Part shown: one piece after another, positions 29,379 through 40,286 of the stretch
Layout: each line of letters opens with the position of its first letter
How positions within the stretch are numbered: the first letter of the stretch is position 1
From: a virus
Lineage: Duplodnaviria > Caudoviricetes
DNA: 64,000 nucleotides
Strand: one strand, 5' to 3'
IMG/VR virus record: IMGVR_UViG_3300028804_000002
Location: 1-64,000 of that record
Position numbers and translations under genes: made by a program
Notes under the pieces: generated by a model
Database searches by the model: none
Told to the model about the DNA's origin: nothing
The model's input: only the letters and a program-made list of their open reading frames with translations

Positions 29379-32300
29379 TGTGAATTCTACTGCTTGGAAA
29401 GACTTAGTAGCTAAAATAGGAGTATTTGATGCTATGAAAGAATTCATTAGAAATAATGAAGAAATACCTAATGCTGATAATTATCAAGAAACTTTCAAAG
29501 GAGTAAATGCTACTATGAAAATAGTAACAGCTCTACAGAAGACTCCAAGATCTCATTATCCTTCTAATAGTATACAAGGCTTCTACAATGATCTTATAAA
29601 ACAAGGTGCTCCTAAGAACCAAATAGAACTATTACAACAATATATAGCAGATCATAATATAACAAATATAAATGTAAATGATTTAATAGTAGGACTATTA
29701 TCTGAAATGTCTTATTCAATAGAGATTAATACTGCTATGAAAAGTATTTATGGTGGTGATAAAAATGATCCAGAATATAAAGAATTTTTAAAAACTAATA
29801 AATCTAAAGAAGGAGCAATCCCAACTCAACATTATGCAAATATATCTGTTCCGGGAGGAACTAATTATACAGAGAATGAAATAGCTACTCCAGCTATAGT
29901 TCCTTCTATTAAAGGACATGCTCAATTCTCTACAGAGAATGGTATTGGTTGGTTTAGAAGTGATGAACAAATAACTTTTGATTCAGGTATATCAGAACAA
30001 GAAGAAGCTTATTACAACCCTGATACTGATGAGATGGTTATCAACGATAAAGGTAGAACCATATTAGGGGGTAAAACTCGTAGAATACTAGAAGTACAAT
30101 CTGATTTATTTCAGAAAGGTAGAGGTAAAGAATTTTTAGTAGATAATTATAAACATACTCCAGGAGATAGAAGTTTTAATGTTACTTATGAAAATAAGGA
30201 ATATAAAGTTGGAACTATGGGAGGAATGCAAAGAGTTGTTATATATAAAACTCTTGAAGGACAAATACATAATGAAAATCCAAAACAAGATTGGTTAACA
30301 CAAGAAGAAATACCACAAGGTTTAAAAGATATTGTTTCCAATAAATTTAATAATCTAAAACAAGAAGTATTAACTCAAAATAAATCTAATCAAGAAAATC
30401 AATTTCTTCAACTTCTAAATAAAGATAATAACTGGGTTACATTCTTTGTTAAATCTATTATACAAGATAGTGCTAAAAAAGGATATGAGAAAGTGCTTTT
30501 CCCTTCTGGAGATACAGCAGCTAAAGTGGAGGGACATCAAACTGTTGAAACTTTTATTAAAAGTAAGGAATTAAGACTTAAAGAACTAAATAAGCAAGAA
30601 GCTGAAATTAATAAGTTTAAAAAACTTTTAAGAGAAGACGATTTATTTTTAGAAAGTGTTTCAGAAGATGGTGAAGAAACAAGAAATTTTAATACTTTTG
30701 AGGAATTAGCAGATTTTCATGATAGAAATTCTGGATGGAATCACCCAGACCTTTCTCCTATGGGTTTTAGACCAACTCTTTCAAAAGAAAGGTTAGAAAT
30801 AGAAAGAAAACAATTAGAAAAAGAAATAGAAGATGCTAAAGCTGGAAAACTTAAAATATCAGCTATAGCTAAATTCTATGAAGAGACAATAGCTAATGTT
30901 TTAAAGAAGCAAGGATATTCTCCTAATAGGATTACAGATGAATATGGTAATGAATGGAATGAAGTAGAACTAACTTCAGAAATTGCAAAAGAATTAATTA
31001 ATTTTAATAAACCAGAAAATAATAGTACTTTTAATAAACAAGTACTTAAATATCTTCAAGATAAAGGTATAGTATCTACTAAAGAATTTCCAGCTGGATC
31101 AGGTAATTTTTATATAAAGAAAACTATAATTGGTCAAGATAGAAATAACTATGCTCCAGAAGAAGTAGAAAGAAGAAATCTTGAAAAAATTAATGATATA
31201 AATCAAAAACTTGGATTTGAAGCTATATCTACTATTCAAATAGGTAATGGATTAGTAGTAAAATTTAATTCACAATTATCTTTATTTGATAGATTTGATG
31301 AAGAATTACTAACTGATCCAGAAGTAACTCAAGGAGATAAAGAATATTTTAATGAAAATATTTTAACAACTAATACTAGAGATTTAGTTGATAATGTTTA
31401 TAGAGTAGCATTAATGATTAATAAACCAGATCTTATAAATATTGGAACTATATTAAAACAAAATGAAGATTTATTAGCTGGAGTAATTATAGAAATATTT
31501 AATGAAGCTCAATGGAAAGATTTACATGAAGATGAAGAAAATAAAATTAGTGCTTTATATTATGCAAATACAAATTTAATACGTTTTTCTCAAAAACATT
31601 TAGATAATTATCCTATAGAAAAAAATATTCGTATAATAATGGAAGAGTTGTTACATGCTTTAACAGTTCAGCCATTTCATAAACAGGATAATAATATTAA
31701 ATTAAATCCAAAAGAACAAAAATTTGTTGATTCAATTAATAAACTTTATAATCATTATAAACAAAATGCTCCTAGATATTTAAAAGAATCTTATCGTTTC
31801 ACAAATGCGAGAGAGTTTATTATTGGTATGACTCTTGATCCAAATTTTAAAGATCATTTAGAGCAAGTAGATAAACCTGGATTTTTTCAAAAATTAATAA
31901 TTGATTTTGTAAATGCTATTTTACAATTCTTTGGAATTAAAACTAATAAAGAAATTTATCCTTTTGAAAAATTAACTCTTAATTATATTAATGATTATAT
32001 TTCTGATATAAAAGAAATTAGACCATTATTAATAACTGCTGATGGTGATTTAATAAGTGGTGCAAAAGATATTAGAACTGAAAAAGAAGAATTAAAAAAG
32101 AATTTAACAGAAGAACAAAAAAATAAAATTAAAGAAAGAATTAAAACTTTCATTAATCAAATTAAATCTATTTCTGGTACTTCAAGATTTTCAAATCCAG
32201 AAATAAAAAATGCTGTTTTTCATATAGGAGATGACTATAAGAAATTTAATCAAGATGATATAGACATGATTGATTTCTTCTTTAATTTTACCAGAGAAAT

Positions 32301-35300
32301 AAATTCAATTTTTGATAGTCTTAATAGACAAATCGAAGCTATAAATACTTCAAGAGTTCCATTAACTGATAATGTAAAACTTAGTAAATGGAATCGTATT
32401 ATATCTACGGCAAGAGATTTTGATTCTACTCTTGAAGAATTTAGAAAAATAAAAGCTGAACTTTTTAAGGATGAACTTGTAGCTAAAGAAATAGAAAAAC
32501 TTATTGTTAAAAGAGCTTCTATAGAAGATAAATATTTTTTTGGTATAACTCCATTAGTTGTAACTCATTTATCAGATATAATTGAACCAGCTACAGAAAA
32601 AGCTTTAGCTTATCTTGATGATGAAATAGATCAATTATCTAAAAGAATTGATTTAGCTACGAAAAGTGGTGCTGAAAAAAGAGCTAAAGATCTTAAAAAA
32701 ATTGTGGATGCCAAAATTCAAGAAAGAAATGATAAATATAATATAACTAAGGATAAAGTTCAAGATTATATTCGTGGATTACTTGGAGATAGTAACACTC
32801 TTTCTTCTTTTTTAGAGGCTAGTATAGTAAGTTCAAATCCTATAATATCAGGATTAACTAAATATATAAAAGATAATCTTCATAAAAGTGATTCTAATAT
32901 ACTTCAAACAGCTAATGAAACTCAAACAGAAATAGATAAATATGAAAAAGATTCAGGTATATCTAGAAATAATTTAGAAGAATTTAATAGACCTTTATTA
33001 GATACTTATGATATAATAGAATCTATAGATGATGAAGGTAATTTTACTTATAAAAAACAATTGGCTTTATTAAGTCCATGGAATATGGATTATATTAAAG
33101 AATTACAGAAATTTACGTTTATTAATGGACAACTTAGAGATAAAATTAAGAATGCTAAAACTGAACCAGAAACTCTTGAACTTAAGAAATTACAGAAAGA
33201 AAATACTATTAAAAGACTTCAATTTTTAAGAGATTATATGGAGATGCCATATCTTAATGAGGTTCATGAAGCTATGGATTTAATACATGAAGATCTTGGT
33301 GGATATACAGCTTTTGAAGCAATAGGTCAACTCTATGATGAGAAGGAACGTATAGAAGAAGAAATAGAAAGAACTAAAGATGAAGAAGTTAAAGATATTC
33401 TCTATAATAATCTTGATGATGTTGAGTTCCGTATAAAAGAAATTAGATCTACTTATGAAAAAGATCCAGGTAGTAAAGAATACAAAATAGCTGCTCAACT
33501 TCGTAAAAGAGATGAAGCTTTAAAAAAATATAGAAAATTTGTTCTAACTACGGCCGGAGAAGCTAAATTTAAACTTGAAAAAGAAAGAATAGATAAAGCT
33601 TTTGAAGATGGAAAAATAACTCAGAAAGATAAAGATTACTGGTATCAACATAATACTGTAAGTACTCTGACAGATGAATATTGGCAAACCAAATTAAGTT
33701 TGATAGGTGAGATGAATGATCTTCTTAGTCAAATGAGTACTAAACAAGAGAAGAGTGAAGATATTGGTAAACTTTATAATGAGATAGAAAATATAGTTAA
33801 ACCTTATAGAGATTCTAATGGAGTTATTAATGGTAATGCTTTTAATCAAAAACAAGTTGCAGATATAAGAGAACTTGAAGAAAAGATTGAAAGATTTAAA
33901 GATGGATTAGCAAATATATTTGGACTTTCAAGAAATGAAAGAGTTGAATTAGCTAATCTTAATGAAGAACTTCAAAATAATGATGTAGAATCTCAGACAG
34001 AATCTGATCCTCAGCGTCAAGAGTTTTTAAGAAATGAACAAATTCGTATAGAACAAAGAATTAATGCTATTCAAGGTAAGAAAAAAACTTTTAACAAAAA
34101 ACTTGTTAATAAGTATTTTGATTTAATGAAAAAGCTTTCAGCTCTTGATATTACTACAAATACTCATTACTACGAACAAAGACATCAAGAAGAATACGAT
34201 AAATATATTGATTCTCAATCTTTAAAGGGTATGACCGATAAGTTTACTTATAATGGTACTACCTATGAAAAAATAAGTAGTCAATGGTATGCCAAAACTA
34301 AAGATAAAACTCAGAAAATTACTAAGAAAGAAGCTGAGAAAATGTTTAAAACGAAAAGAGGAGATTTAAGTTTTGATCAAAGTGAATGGTTTAAAAATAA
34401 TCATATAAAAAGACTTAAATGGGTTAAAACTGATAAGGATTACGATCCATATGATCCTTATGCAGTTTCTGGATATTGGGAAGAAAGTTATGATCCTGTT
34501 TATATATGGAGACAAACCAATCCTACCAATCCTAAACATAAAATATCAGGACAACCTTCTTTAAAATATAAAAGATCTATTATAAAGAATGGTAAGAATG
34601 ATAAAGGTATTCCAGATGGTTCAGAAGATTATACAAATCCAAATTATAAAGTTAGTATAAATGGATATAATACTCCAAGAGCAATTGGAGCCAAAGATAA
34701 TCGTTATATTAATCAGAGATATCTTGAAATGTCCGTTGCAGATGATAAAGTAAATAAAGCAAGATTTAGATATCTTAAATATCAAACAGAACTTTATTTT
34801 AAATCACAAATAGAATCATTTATTCCAAAGACGATGCGTCCTGGATATAATATGCCTTCTATTAGACCATCTGGAGTAGAAAGATTTCAAGCTACTTCTG
34901 TAAGTGATAAAGTATCTGAAGTAGGTCAATGGCTTAGAGGAGTAAAAGATGAGACTGTAACTAATGAACAAGATAAAGATGTTTTATACGGATATCTTGA
35001 TAATAAAGGTATGATACCTATGAAATTTTTAGGAGATATAGATGTAGAAGATCAATCTATAGATATAGCTCGTTCAATAGGTATGTTTTATATTGCAGCT
35101 CAACAAAGAGCTAGATTAGCTGAAACTTATTCTTTAGTTACTTCAACTGCTGATATTCTTGCTCAAACAGAGAATACTCCAGTTAAAACCAAAGATGGTA
35201 AAGTAGTATCTGTAGCTAAGAAGTATCTTGGTAAAAATACCACAGTAGCTAAACATATAGCTGGAAGTAGTAATACTTTGAAACAGGTAAATGAAATGAT

Positions 35301-36612
35301 AAATACTTTCTATTTTGGAGAAAGAATCAAAGACGAAAAAGGTAGTAAACAATTAAATACAGTTCTTGGTCTTGGTGCCAATTTAATGCTTGGATTAAAT
35401 TTTGGATCTATGATTCAAAACTGGTCTAATGCTAAAATACAGTCAATTCTAGAGACCGAATCTAAATTGACAAGGAATTTTAATATGAAAGATTGGACTA
35501 AAGCAGAAGCTACATATTGGGCTCATATTGCAGAATTAATGGGTGATCTTGGTAAATACGGTAATAAGTCTTATATAAATCAATTTATTGATTATTTTGG
35601 GGGTATAAATTTTAATATAATTAATATTTTTGATACAACTTCAGCTTACAAAGGATTAACCAAAACAACCGCAAAAGTACTTATGCCTACAGAAATGGCA
35701 GAACATCAACTATCTTATGTACTTTTTATGTCTATTGCTATGAATACTAAAGTTAAAATGAATGGTGAGGATATATCTTTATTTGATGCTTTTAGAATTG
35801 GAGATAAAGGTCTTGAATTAAAAGAAGGAGTAGAATTATCTCAAGCTCAAAAAGATGAATTCATTAATAAAGTTAATTCTTCAGCTCGTAGAATAAATGG
35901 TGAGTATGGTAATTTAGATTCTCCAATAGCTCAAAAATATATGATGGGTAGACTATTCTTATTTATGAATAAATACGCCGTTCCATTTTTTATGAGGAGA
36001 TTTGGTAAGAGAAGATTTAATATTCAAGATGGTATTCAAGATGATGGTTTCTGGAGATTATTCTTTAGAACTCTTGGACATGATATTAAACAATTCCAAT
36101 TAAATATAGTAAGAAATTGGAAATATTATACACCTTCACAAAAGGCTGCAATTAAACAAGTAAGTACCGAAATATCTGTTTCAATAATACTTATATCTAT
36201 GATTGCTATGCTTGGTGGAGATGATGATAAAGAACTTAAAGATAATGGATTACTTGCTAATAATATTATTTATGTTCTTAAAGGTATTAAAAGACAGAAT
36301 GAACAATTCATGCTTGTACCTGGACTTGGTTTAGATGATGTTTATAACCGTATAAAAAATCCATTTCCGATTGCTACAAAATTAGGACAGGCATTTGCTG
36401 TAATGAATGATCTCGTTTATTTAGCAGGATATTCAATGGGTTATAATGAACTTAAGGATATAGAATATACTAAGAAATCAGGTTGGCATAGTAAAGGAGA
36501 TCTTAAAATATGGAATGATTTAGGTAAATTATTTTCATTACCTAACAAACTTAATCAATATCTACATCCAGATATTGCTATTAAGAATCTTAATGCTTAT
36601 CGAATAAAATAA
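29365..36612 (+). CDS. Large virion cargo/ejection protein
   Basis: 2415 aa with 'MSCPN' start typical of the gene after the crAss vRNAP, a degenerate zincin, coiled coils and hydrophobic C-terminal helices. Confidence 0.7.
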   Translation: MSCPNVNSTAWKDLVAKIGVFDAMKEFIRNNEEIPNADNYQETFKGVNATMKIVTALQKTPRSHYPSNSIQGFYNDLIKQGAPKNQIELLQQYIADHNITNINVNDLIVGLLSEMSYSIEINTAMKSIYGGDKNDPEYKEFLKTNKSKEGAIPTQHYANISVPGGTNYTENEIATPAIVPSIKGHAQFSTENGIGWFRSDEQITFDSGISEQEEAYYNPDTDEMVINDKGRTILGGKTRRILEVQSDLFQKGRGKEFLVDNYKHTPGDRSFNVTYENKEYKVGTMGGMQRVVIYKTLEGQIHNENPKQDWLTQEEIPQGLKDIVSNKFNNLKQEVLTQNKSNQENQFLQLLNKDNNWVTFFVKSIIQDSAKKGYEKVLFPSGDTAAKVEGHQTVETFIKSKELRLKELNKQEAEINKFKKLLREDDLFLESVSEDGEETRNFNTFEELADFHDRNSGWNHPDLSPMGFRPTLSKERLEIERKQLEKEIEDAKAGKLKISAIAKFYEETIANVLKKQGYSPNRITDEYGNEWNEVELTSEIAKELINFNKPENNSTFNKQVLKYLQDKGIVSTKEFPAGSGNFYIKKTIIGQDRNNYAPEEVERRNLEKINDINQKLGFEAISTIQIGNGLVVKFNSQLSLFDRFDEELLTDPEVTQGDKEYFNENILTTNTRDLVDNVYRVALMINKPDLINIGTILKQNEDLLAGVIIEIFNEAQWKDLHEDEENKISALYYANTNLIRFSQKHLDNYPIEKNIRIIMEELLHALTVQPFHKQDNNIKLNPKEQKFVDSINKLYNHYKQNAPRYLKESYRFTNAREFIIGMTLDPNFKDHLEQVDKPGFFQKLIIDFVNAILQFFGIKTNKEIYPFEKLTLNYINDYISDIKEIRPLLITADGDLISGAKDIRTEKEELKKNLTEEQKNKIKERIKTFINQIKSISGTSRFSNPEIKNAVFHIGDDYKKFNQDDIDMIDFFFNFTREINSIFDSLNRQIEAINTSRVPLTDNVKLSKWNRIISTARDFDSTLEEFRKIKAELFKDELVAKEIEKLIVKRASIEDKYFFGITPLVVTHLSDIIEPATEKALAYLDDEIDQLSKRIDLATKSGAEKRAKDLKKIVDAKIQERNDKYNITKDKVQDYIRGLLGDSNTLSSFLEASIVSSNPIISGLTKYIKDNLHKSDSNILQTANETQTEIDKYEKDSGISRNNLEEFNRPLLDTYDIIESIDDEGNFTYKKQLALLSPWNMDYIKELQKFTFINGQLRDKIKNAKTEPETLELKKLQKENTIKRLQFLRDYMEMPYLNEVHEAMDLIHEDLGGYTAFEAIGQLYDEKERIEEEIERTKDEEVKDILYNNLDDVEFRIKEIRSTYEKDPGSKEYKIAAQLRKRDEALKKYRKFVLTTAGEAKFKLEKERIDKAFEDGKITQKDKDYWYQHNTVSTLTDEYWQTKLSLIGEMNDLLSQMSTKQEKSEDIGKLYNEIENIVKPYRDSNGVINGNAFNQKQVADIRELEEKIERFKDGLANIFGLSRNERVELANLNEELQNNDVESQTESDPQRQEFLRNEQIRIEQRINAIQGKKKTFNKKLVNKYFDLMKKLSALDITTNTHYYEQRHQEEYDKYIDSQSLKGMTDKFTYNGTTYEKISSQWYAKTKDKTQKITKKEAEKMFKTKRGDLSFDQSEWFKNNHIKRLKWVKTDKDYDPYDPYAVSGYWEESYDPVYIWRQTNPTNPKHKISGQPSLKYKRSIIKNGKNDKGIPDGSEDYTNPNYKVSINGYNTPRAIGAKDNRYINQRYLEMSVADDKVNKARFRYLKYQTELYFKSQIESFIPKTMRPGYNMPSIRPSGVERFQATSVSDKVSEVGQWLRGVKDETVTNEQDKDVLYGYLDNKGMIPMKFLGDIDVEDQSIDIARSIGMFYIAAQQRARLAETYSLVTSTADILAQTENTPVKTKDGKVVSVAKKYLGKNTTVAKHIAGSSNTLKQVNEMINTFYFGERIKDEKGSKQLNTVLGLGANLMLGLNFGSMIQNWSNAKIQSILETESKLTRNFNMKDWTKAEATYWAHIAELMGDLGKYGNKSYINQFIDYFGGINFNIINIFDTTSAYKGLTKTTAKVLMPTEMAEHQLSYVLFMSIAMNTKVKMNGEDISLFDAFRIGDKGLELKEGVELSQAQKDEFINKVNSSARRINGEYGNLDSPIAQKYMMGRLFLFMNKYAVPFFMRRFGKRRFNIQDGIQDDGFWRLFFRTLGHDIKQFQLNIVRNWKYYTPSQKAAIKQVSTEISVSIILISMIAMLGGDDDKELKDNGLLANNIIYVLKGIKRQNEQFMLVPGLGLDDVYNRIKNPFPIATKLGQAFAVMNDLVYLAGYSMGYNELKDIEYTKKSGWHSKGDLKIWNDLGKLFSLPNKLNQYLHPDIAIKNLNAYRIK

Positions 36613-36632
36613 GGCCCTGTAAAGAGCCTTAT
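36609..36632. terminator. Hairpin at the convergence of the two transcription blocks (probable bidirectional terminator)
   Basis: ATAAGGC-cCT-gtaa-AGa-GCCTTAT. Both stop codons lie in the stem. Confidence 0.7.
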
Positions 36633-37342
36633 CGTCCAGTTTCATTCGAATATAATATTCCAGATTTATCTGATTGGAAGTATTCTTTAGTGTCTATATT
36701 CATTATTGTAAGACAACCAAATCTACTTCCAGCACCAGAATCTAAATTCCAAACATTATATCTATTGAAATTAGTTGGTTGATGAGTATGTTGAGTATGC
36801 CCAATAAAGATCTCTTTAAATTCATAAATCTTTTTCTTTTCTTCATCAGAAAGACTTCTTAACATAGCTAGATCTCTACTCCAATGGTACATATTAGCTC
36901 CCTTAATATTAATTTTTACATTTCTAGTTTCTTTAAAACCTTCATAAAGTTCAAATCCACCATGAACAAATAGTCTATTTTCATCATCAATATGATAATC
37001 TATTTGACTACTCCAAAAATTTCTATGATCAGGATCTTGTAATTTACCGCTTTTAATATAAGATTCTATTGTAGCTTTACCACCTTGATATACCCATATA
37101 TCAGGTTGTTCACCATAAATAAACCAATTATTACACCATATATCATGATTACCACGTATACTTATTAGATTCTTTATCTTAAGTAATTCATCAACACATT
37201 CAGAAGTTTGACTATAACCATCAGCTACATCTCCTAACTGTATTAAAATATCATTTTCATAATCAAATTTACTTCTATCTAGGCATTGTCTTAAAGCTTT
37301 ATAATTTCCATGGATGTCTCCAAGAGCAAATTTTCTAATCAT
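36629..37342 (-). CDS. Calcineurin-like metallophosphoesterase (PPP Ser/Thr phosphatase-like)
   Basis: GDIHG, GDVAD, GNHD, FVHGG, IGHT and LDSG motifs. Confidence 0.9.
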   Translation of the reverse strand: MIRKFALGDIHGNYKALRQCLDRSKFDYENDILIQLGDVADGYSQTSECVDELLKIKNLISIRGNHDIWCNNWFIYGEQPDIWVYQGGKATIESYIKSGKLQDPDHRNFWSSQIDYHIDDENRLFVHGGFELYEGFKETRNVKINIKGANMYHWSRDLAMLRSLSDEEKKKIYEFKEIFIGHTQHTHQPTNFNRYNVWNLDSGAGSRFGCLTIMNIDTKEYFQSDKSGILYSNETGR

Positions 37343-37380
37343 TATTAATAATTATTACGCATATTAATACACATTTAAAT

Positions 37381-37410
37381 AAAAGCCCTACCAAGAATGA
37401 TAGGGCTTTT
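37381..37410 (-). terminator. Rho-independent terminator
   Basis: AAAAGCCCTA...TAGGGCTTTT inverted repeat with A/T tails on both sides. Confidence 0.75.
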
Positions 37411-37452
37411 CTTCAATTAAAACACAATTCTAAACTATAAAACTTATTTTTA

Positions 37453-38025
37453 TTACCATAGATTTTTAACAATTTTAGGCTGAGATCTATTGTTTTCTTT
37501 ATCCATGTTTTTAATCATTTTAAGAAAATCTGAATCATCTGATCCAACATGATTACAAGGATCTACATCCCTAAAGTTTTTCTCAGAAGCTTGATTTCTT
37601 TTCTCTATATTAGTTTTTTCTTTTTCTCTCTTAATTTCTACATCTTCAAATACATCAGAAGATTTACCTCCCATATGAGATGGTATATTTTGAAAGGTAA
37701 TATTTGCTGGTCTTTTTTTACTTCTTAAAACTGCTTCAAGTTTTTCTGTAGCTTCTTCTAAAGCCATTTTTCTTATTTTTTCATGTATATTTTCATTCGT
37801 TGCCATATACTGTTCATTTTTTAATTCAACTTCTTGTACTGGATTTGATACAACTTCTGTAGCTGTAACATCTCCATTTGAAATAGTAACTGTTACACTT
37901 CCATCATTATTTGTCGTTACTGTATTTTTTGGTTTAGAATTAGTTGTAATTTGCTGATATAAGCCATATGGTGACCTATATGATTCATCATAATCAAAAC
38001 TATCCCAAACATAAGATTGTGACAT
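37453..38025 (-). CDS. Hypothetical protein
   Basis: 190-aa ORF co-oriented and tightly packed with its neighbours. Confidence 0.6.
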   Translation of the reverse strand: MSQSYVWDSFDYDESYRSPYGLYQQITTNSKPKNTVTTNNDGSVTVTISNGDVTATEVVSNPVQEVELKNEQYMATNENIHEKIRKMALEEATEKLEAVLRSKKRPANITFQNIPSHMGGKSSDVFEDVEIKREKEKTNIEKRNQASEKNFRDVDPCNHVGSDDSDFLKMIKNMDKENNRSQPKIVKNLW

Positions 38026-38033
38026 ATTATATC

Positions 38034-38303
38034 TTATTTTAACACATATTCTAAATCACAAAGCCAAGGTCTATTAGATACAAAATATCCAATACTATCC
38101 TTTAGTCTTAATCCAGAAACAATTAATAAATCTTTACCATTATCTATAAGACTCCATACATGATTTTGTTCTTGATCTTCTAAATATTCTAATTCATCTT
38201 CTCCAAAATCATACATAGTATTCTCATATGGTGAGGTATGTTGTATTGTGTTTCTTCTTATTTTAAATTGATTATAAAAATCATTGAATGTTATTTTGTC
38301 CAT
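38034..38303 (-). CDS. Hypothetical protein
   Basis: 89-aa ORF coupled to the polymerase stop codon. Confidence 0.65.
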   Translation of the reverse strand: MDKITFNDFYNQFKIRRNTIQHTSPYENTMYDFGEDELEYLEDQEQNHVWSLIDNGKDLLIVSGLRLKDSIGYFVSNRPWLCDLEYVLK

Positions 38304-40249
38304 TAAAATAATGTTAGTTGTCTAAATTTTTCGTTAATCACATCTGGTTCAAGTTTACTAATTATGTTATACACTTTTTTAATATAATAATCATAATTAA
38401 TATCATATTTTTCAATATCTTGTTCAGTATGTTTGTTGTATATAGTTGACAACCATTTACCAGCATCTACTTGTAATTGTCTACCATCTATATTACATTT
38501 CATTAATTTAGATCCTTTATTACTTATATAATATCTATTGGTTTGTTGTAATCTATCAGATTTTTCTTCAATACCAGAGATATATCTACTTTCAAAATAC
38601 CAATCAGTTTTAGCTCTAATACCAGCACAGAAATCAAATATATTTTTATGATTTCTAATGAATTCTGTGGGATTGGTTTCATTTTTGTAATAAATTTCAA
38701 GTGCTAATGGTATTATTCTAAAGGATTTATTTTTATGTAATTCAAAATCCACCATAAAGTCACCTTTATGTTTAGGAGTTCCATCAATTTTAATAGCAAT
38801 ATAATCATTAACACTTAATTGTGCTAGTTTTTTATAATCAGTATATTCCAATTTACCCATTTCATTATTACCTACTTTATTTTCCCATTCTTCACAAACT
38901 TTATTGTAGGTATTTTCTAATTCTCTATCAAATAAACAAACAATACCATCTGTATTAGCTGATACTACTTTTATACCTGATAATTCCATTTCTTCTATAA
39001 GCATCATAATTTCTAACTGATTACCTATAGTACACTGAAATAAACAAAATGGATCATATTGCCAGTTAGTTTTTTCATTTAACTTACCAAATGATCCTCC
39101 ATTTAAAGCTAATTTAAAAGCTTCATCAAAAGATTTATATTTACCTTCTTTGGTTTCTTTATAAAGTCTTTTAGATTCAATTCGTTTATTAATTATATCT
39201 GTATATCCTTCTAACCATTTTATTCCAAGATGAGATGGATATATTCTTCTTTTTCTAATAGCATTAGGATATTGAGATCCTACGTCAGCATCTCGTAAAA
39301 TCTGAGATCGTAATGGTATAATAACTCTCTTAGGATCATTACTATGAATACCACCTTTAGCAAATGTATACGTAGCTTGACCAAATTTAAATTTATATTT
39401 TTGATCATTATTTTCTGGATCTATTTTAATATCTTTAATACTATTAACAAAATCATTTAATTCTTTAGTTTTAAATGATATGTAATCTGGAAAACAATCT
39501 CCAAAAGTAAAAGACTGATTTTTAATTACAGGTTTAAGATCATATTTATCAATATTAGTAGCAATGCAATAATTTGTTTTCATTATTTCATCGCCAATCT
39601 TAACATCACTAAAGTTAAGACAATTAAATCCAAATTCTTTATGTACGTCTTTACGTAATTGAATTTTATCTATATTTTTATATAGTTTATTATTTGTCTT
39701 ACCTACAGTAATATTATAATGCTCCTTAGTAGAGAGACAGTCATTTTTACAATAATCTATTATTGAATCTGCTGTCTCTCTATCTTCTATTAGAGTATAA
39801 TGTTTAATCGGCATATCTTCAATATTATGCCAATCCATACTATATTGGAGCCATTTAAGTGAACAACTTCTAGCTTTATTATTATAATGCCAAACTCTAA
39901 AAAGATCTAACTGTTTAACATTTAAATCTTTTTCTCTAAAATCAGGCCACCCATCGTTACTAATAACTTTTTGTGAATAAATATAAATTTCAGAAGCAAT
40001 TTGTTCTCCTTCTAAATTATTTTTTATCCATTTTTTATAATTAGTAAGAATAAATTGTTGAATCTGACTATCATAAAATAAATTATTAAAACCTATTTCA
40101 CCTTTTAATTCTTTAACAAACTCAACAAATTTTTTGAGATCATTTTTGAATTTTGATATTTCAAAGATATCGAAATCATCTCCTTCTAGAGAGAGGGAGA
40201 CACATAAGAAGTAATTTTTTAAAACTTCTAAATCGTATATTTTGTACAT
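38303..40249 (-). CDS. Family B DNA polymerase (crAss type)
   Basis: Exonuclease motifs 'YDLE', 'GFNN..YD' and 'YC.ND'; polymerase motifs 'DVGSQYP', 'KLALNGGSFGK' and 'ANTDG'. Confidence 0.92.
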   Translation of the reverse strand: MYKIYDLEVLKNYFLCVSLSLEGDDFDIFEISKFKNDLKKFVEFVKELKGEIGFNNLFYDSQIQQFILTNYKKWIKNNLEGEQIASEIYIYSQKVISNDGWPDFREKDLNVKQLDLFRVWHYNNKARSCSLKWLQYSMDWHNIEDMPIKHYTLIEDRETADSIIDYCKNDCLSTKEHYNITVGKTNNKLYKNIDKIQLRKDVHKEFGFNCLNFSDVKIGDEIMKTNYCIATNIDKYDLKPVIKNQSFTFGDCFPDYISFKTKELNDFVNSIKDIKIDPENNDQKYKFKFGQATYTFAKGGIHSNDPKRVIIPLRSQILRDADVGSQYPNAIRKRRIYPSHLGIKWLEGYTDIINKRIESKRLYKETKEGKYKSFDEAFKLALNGGSFGKLNEKTNWQYDPFCLFQCTIGNQLEIMMLIEEMELSGIKVVSANTDGIVCLFDRELENTYNKVCEEWENKVGNNEMGKLEYTDYKKLAQLSVNDYIAIKIDGTPKHKGDFMVDFELHKNKSFRIIPLALEIYYKNETNPTEFIRNHKNIFDFCAGIRAKTDWYFESRYISGIEEKSDRLQQTNRYYISNKGSKLMKCNIDGRQLQVDAGKWLSTIYNKHTEQDIEKYDINYDYYIKKVYNIISKLEPDVINEKFRQLTLF

Positions 40250-40253
40250 AATA

Positions 40254-40285
40254 CAAAATTACACCATATTTACTACATAACCAAA
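40254..40285 (-). promoter_or_regulatory. Bacteroidota-type promoter for the DNA polymerase gene
   Basis: Minus strand TTTG-N20-TAATTTTG, with the ATG 4 nt downstream. Confidence 0.8.
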
Positions 40286-40286
40286 T

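Noticed and set aside
2168-35352. Short minus-strand ORFs within the structural block, plus the 6214-6519 + ORF
   Set aside because: They are antisense or out-of-frame shadows of long genes, F/I/S-rich and without motifs.
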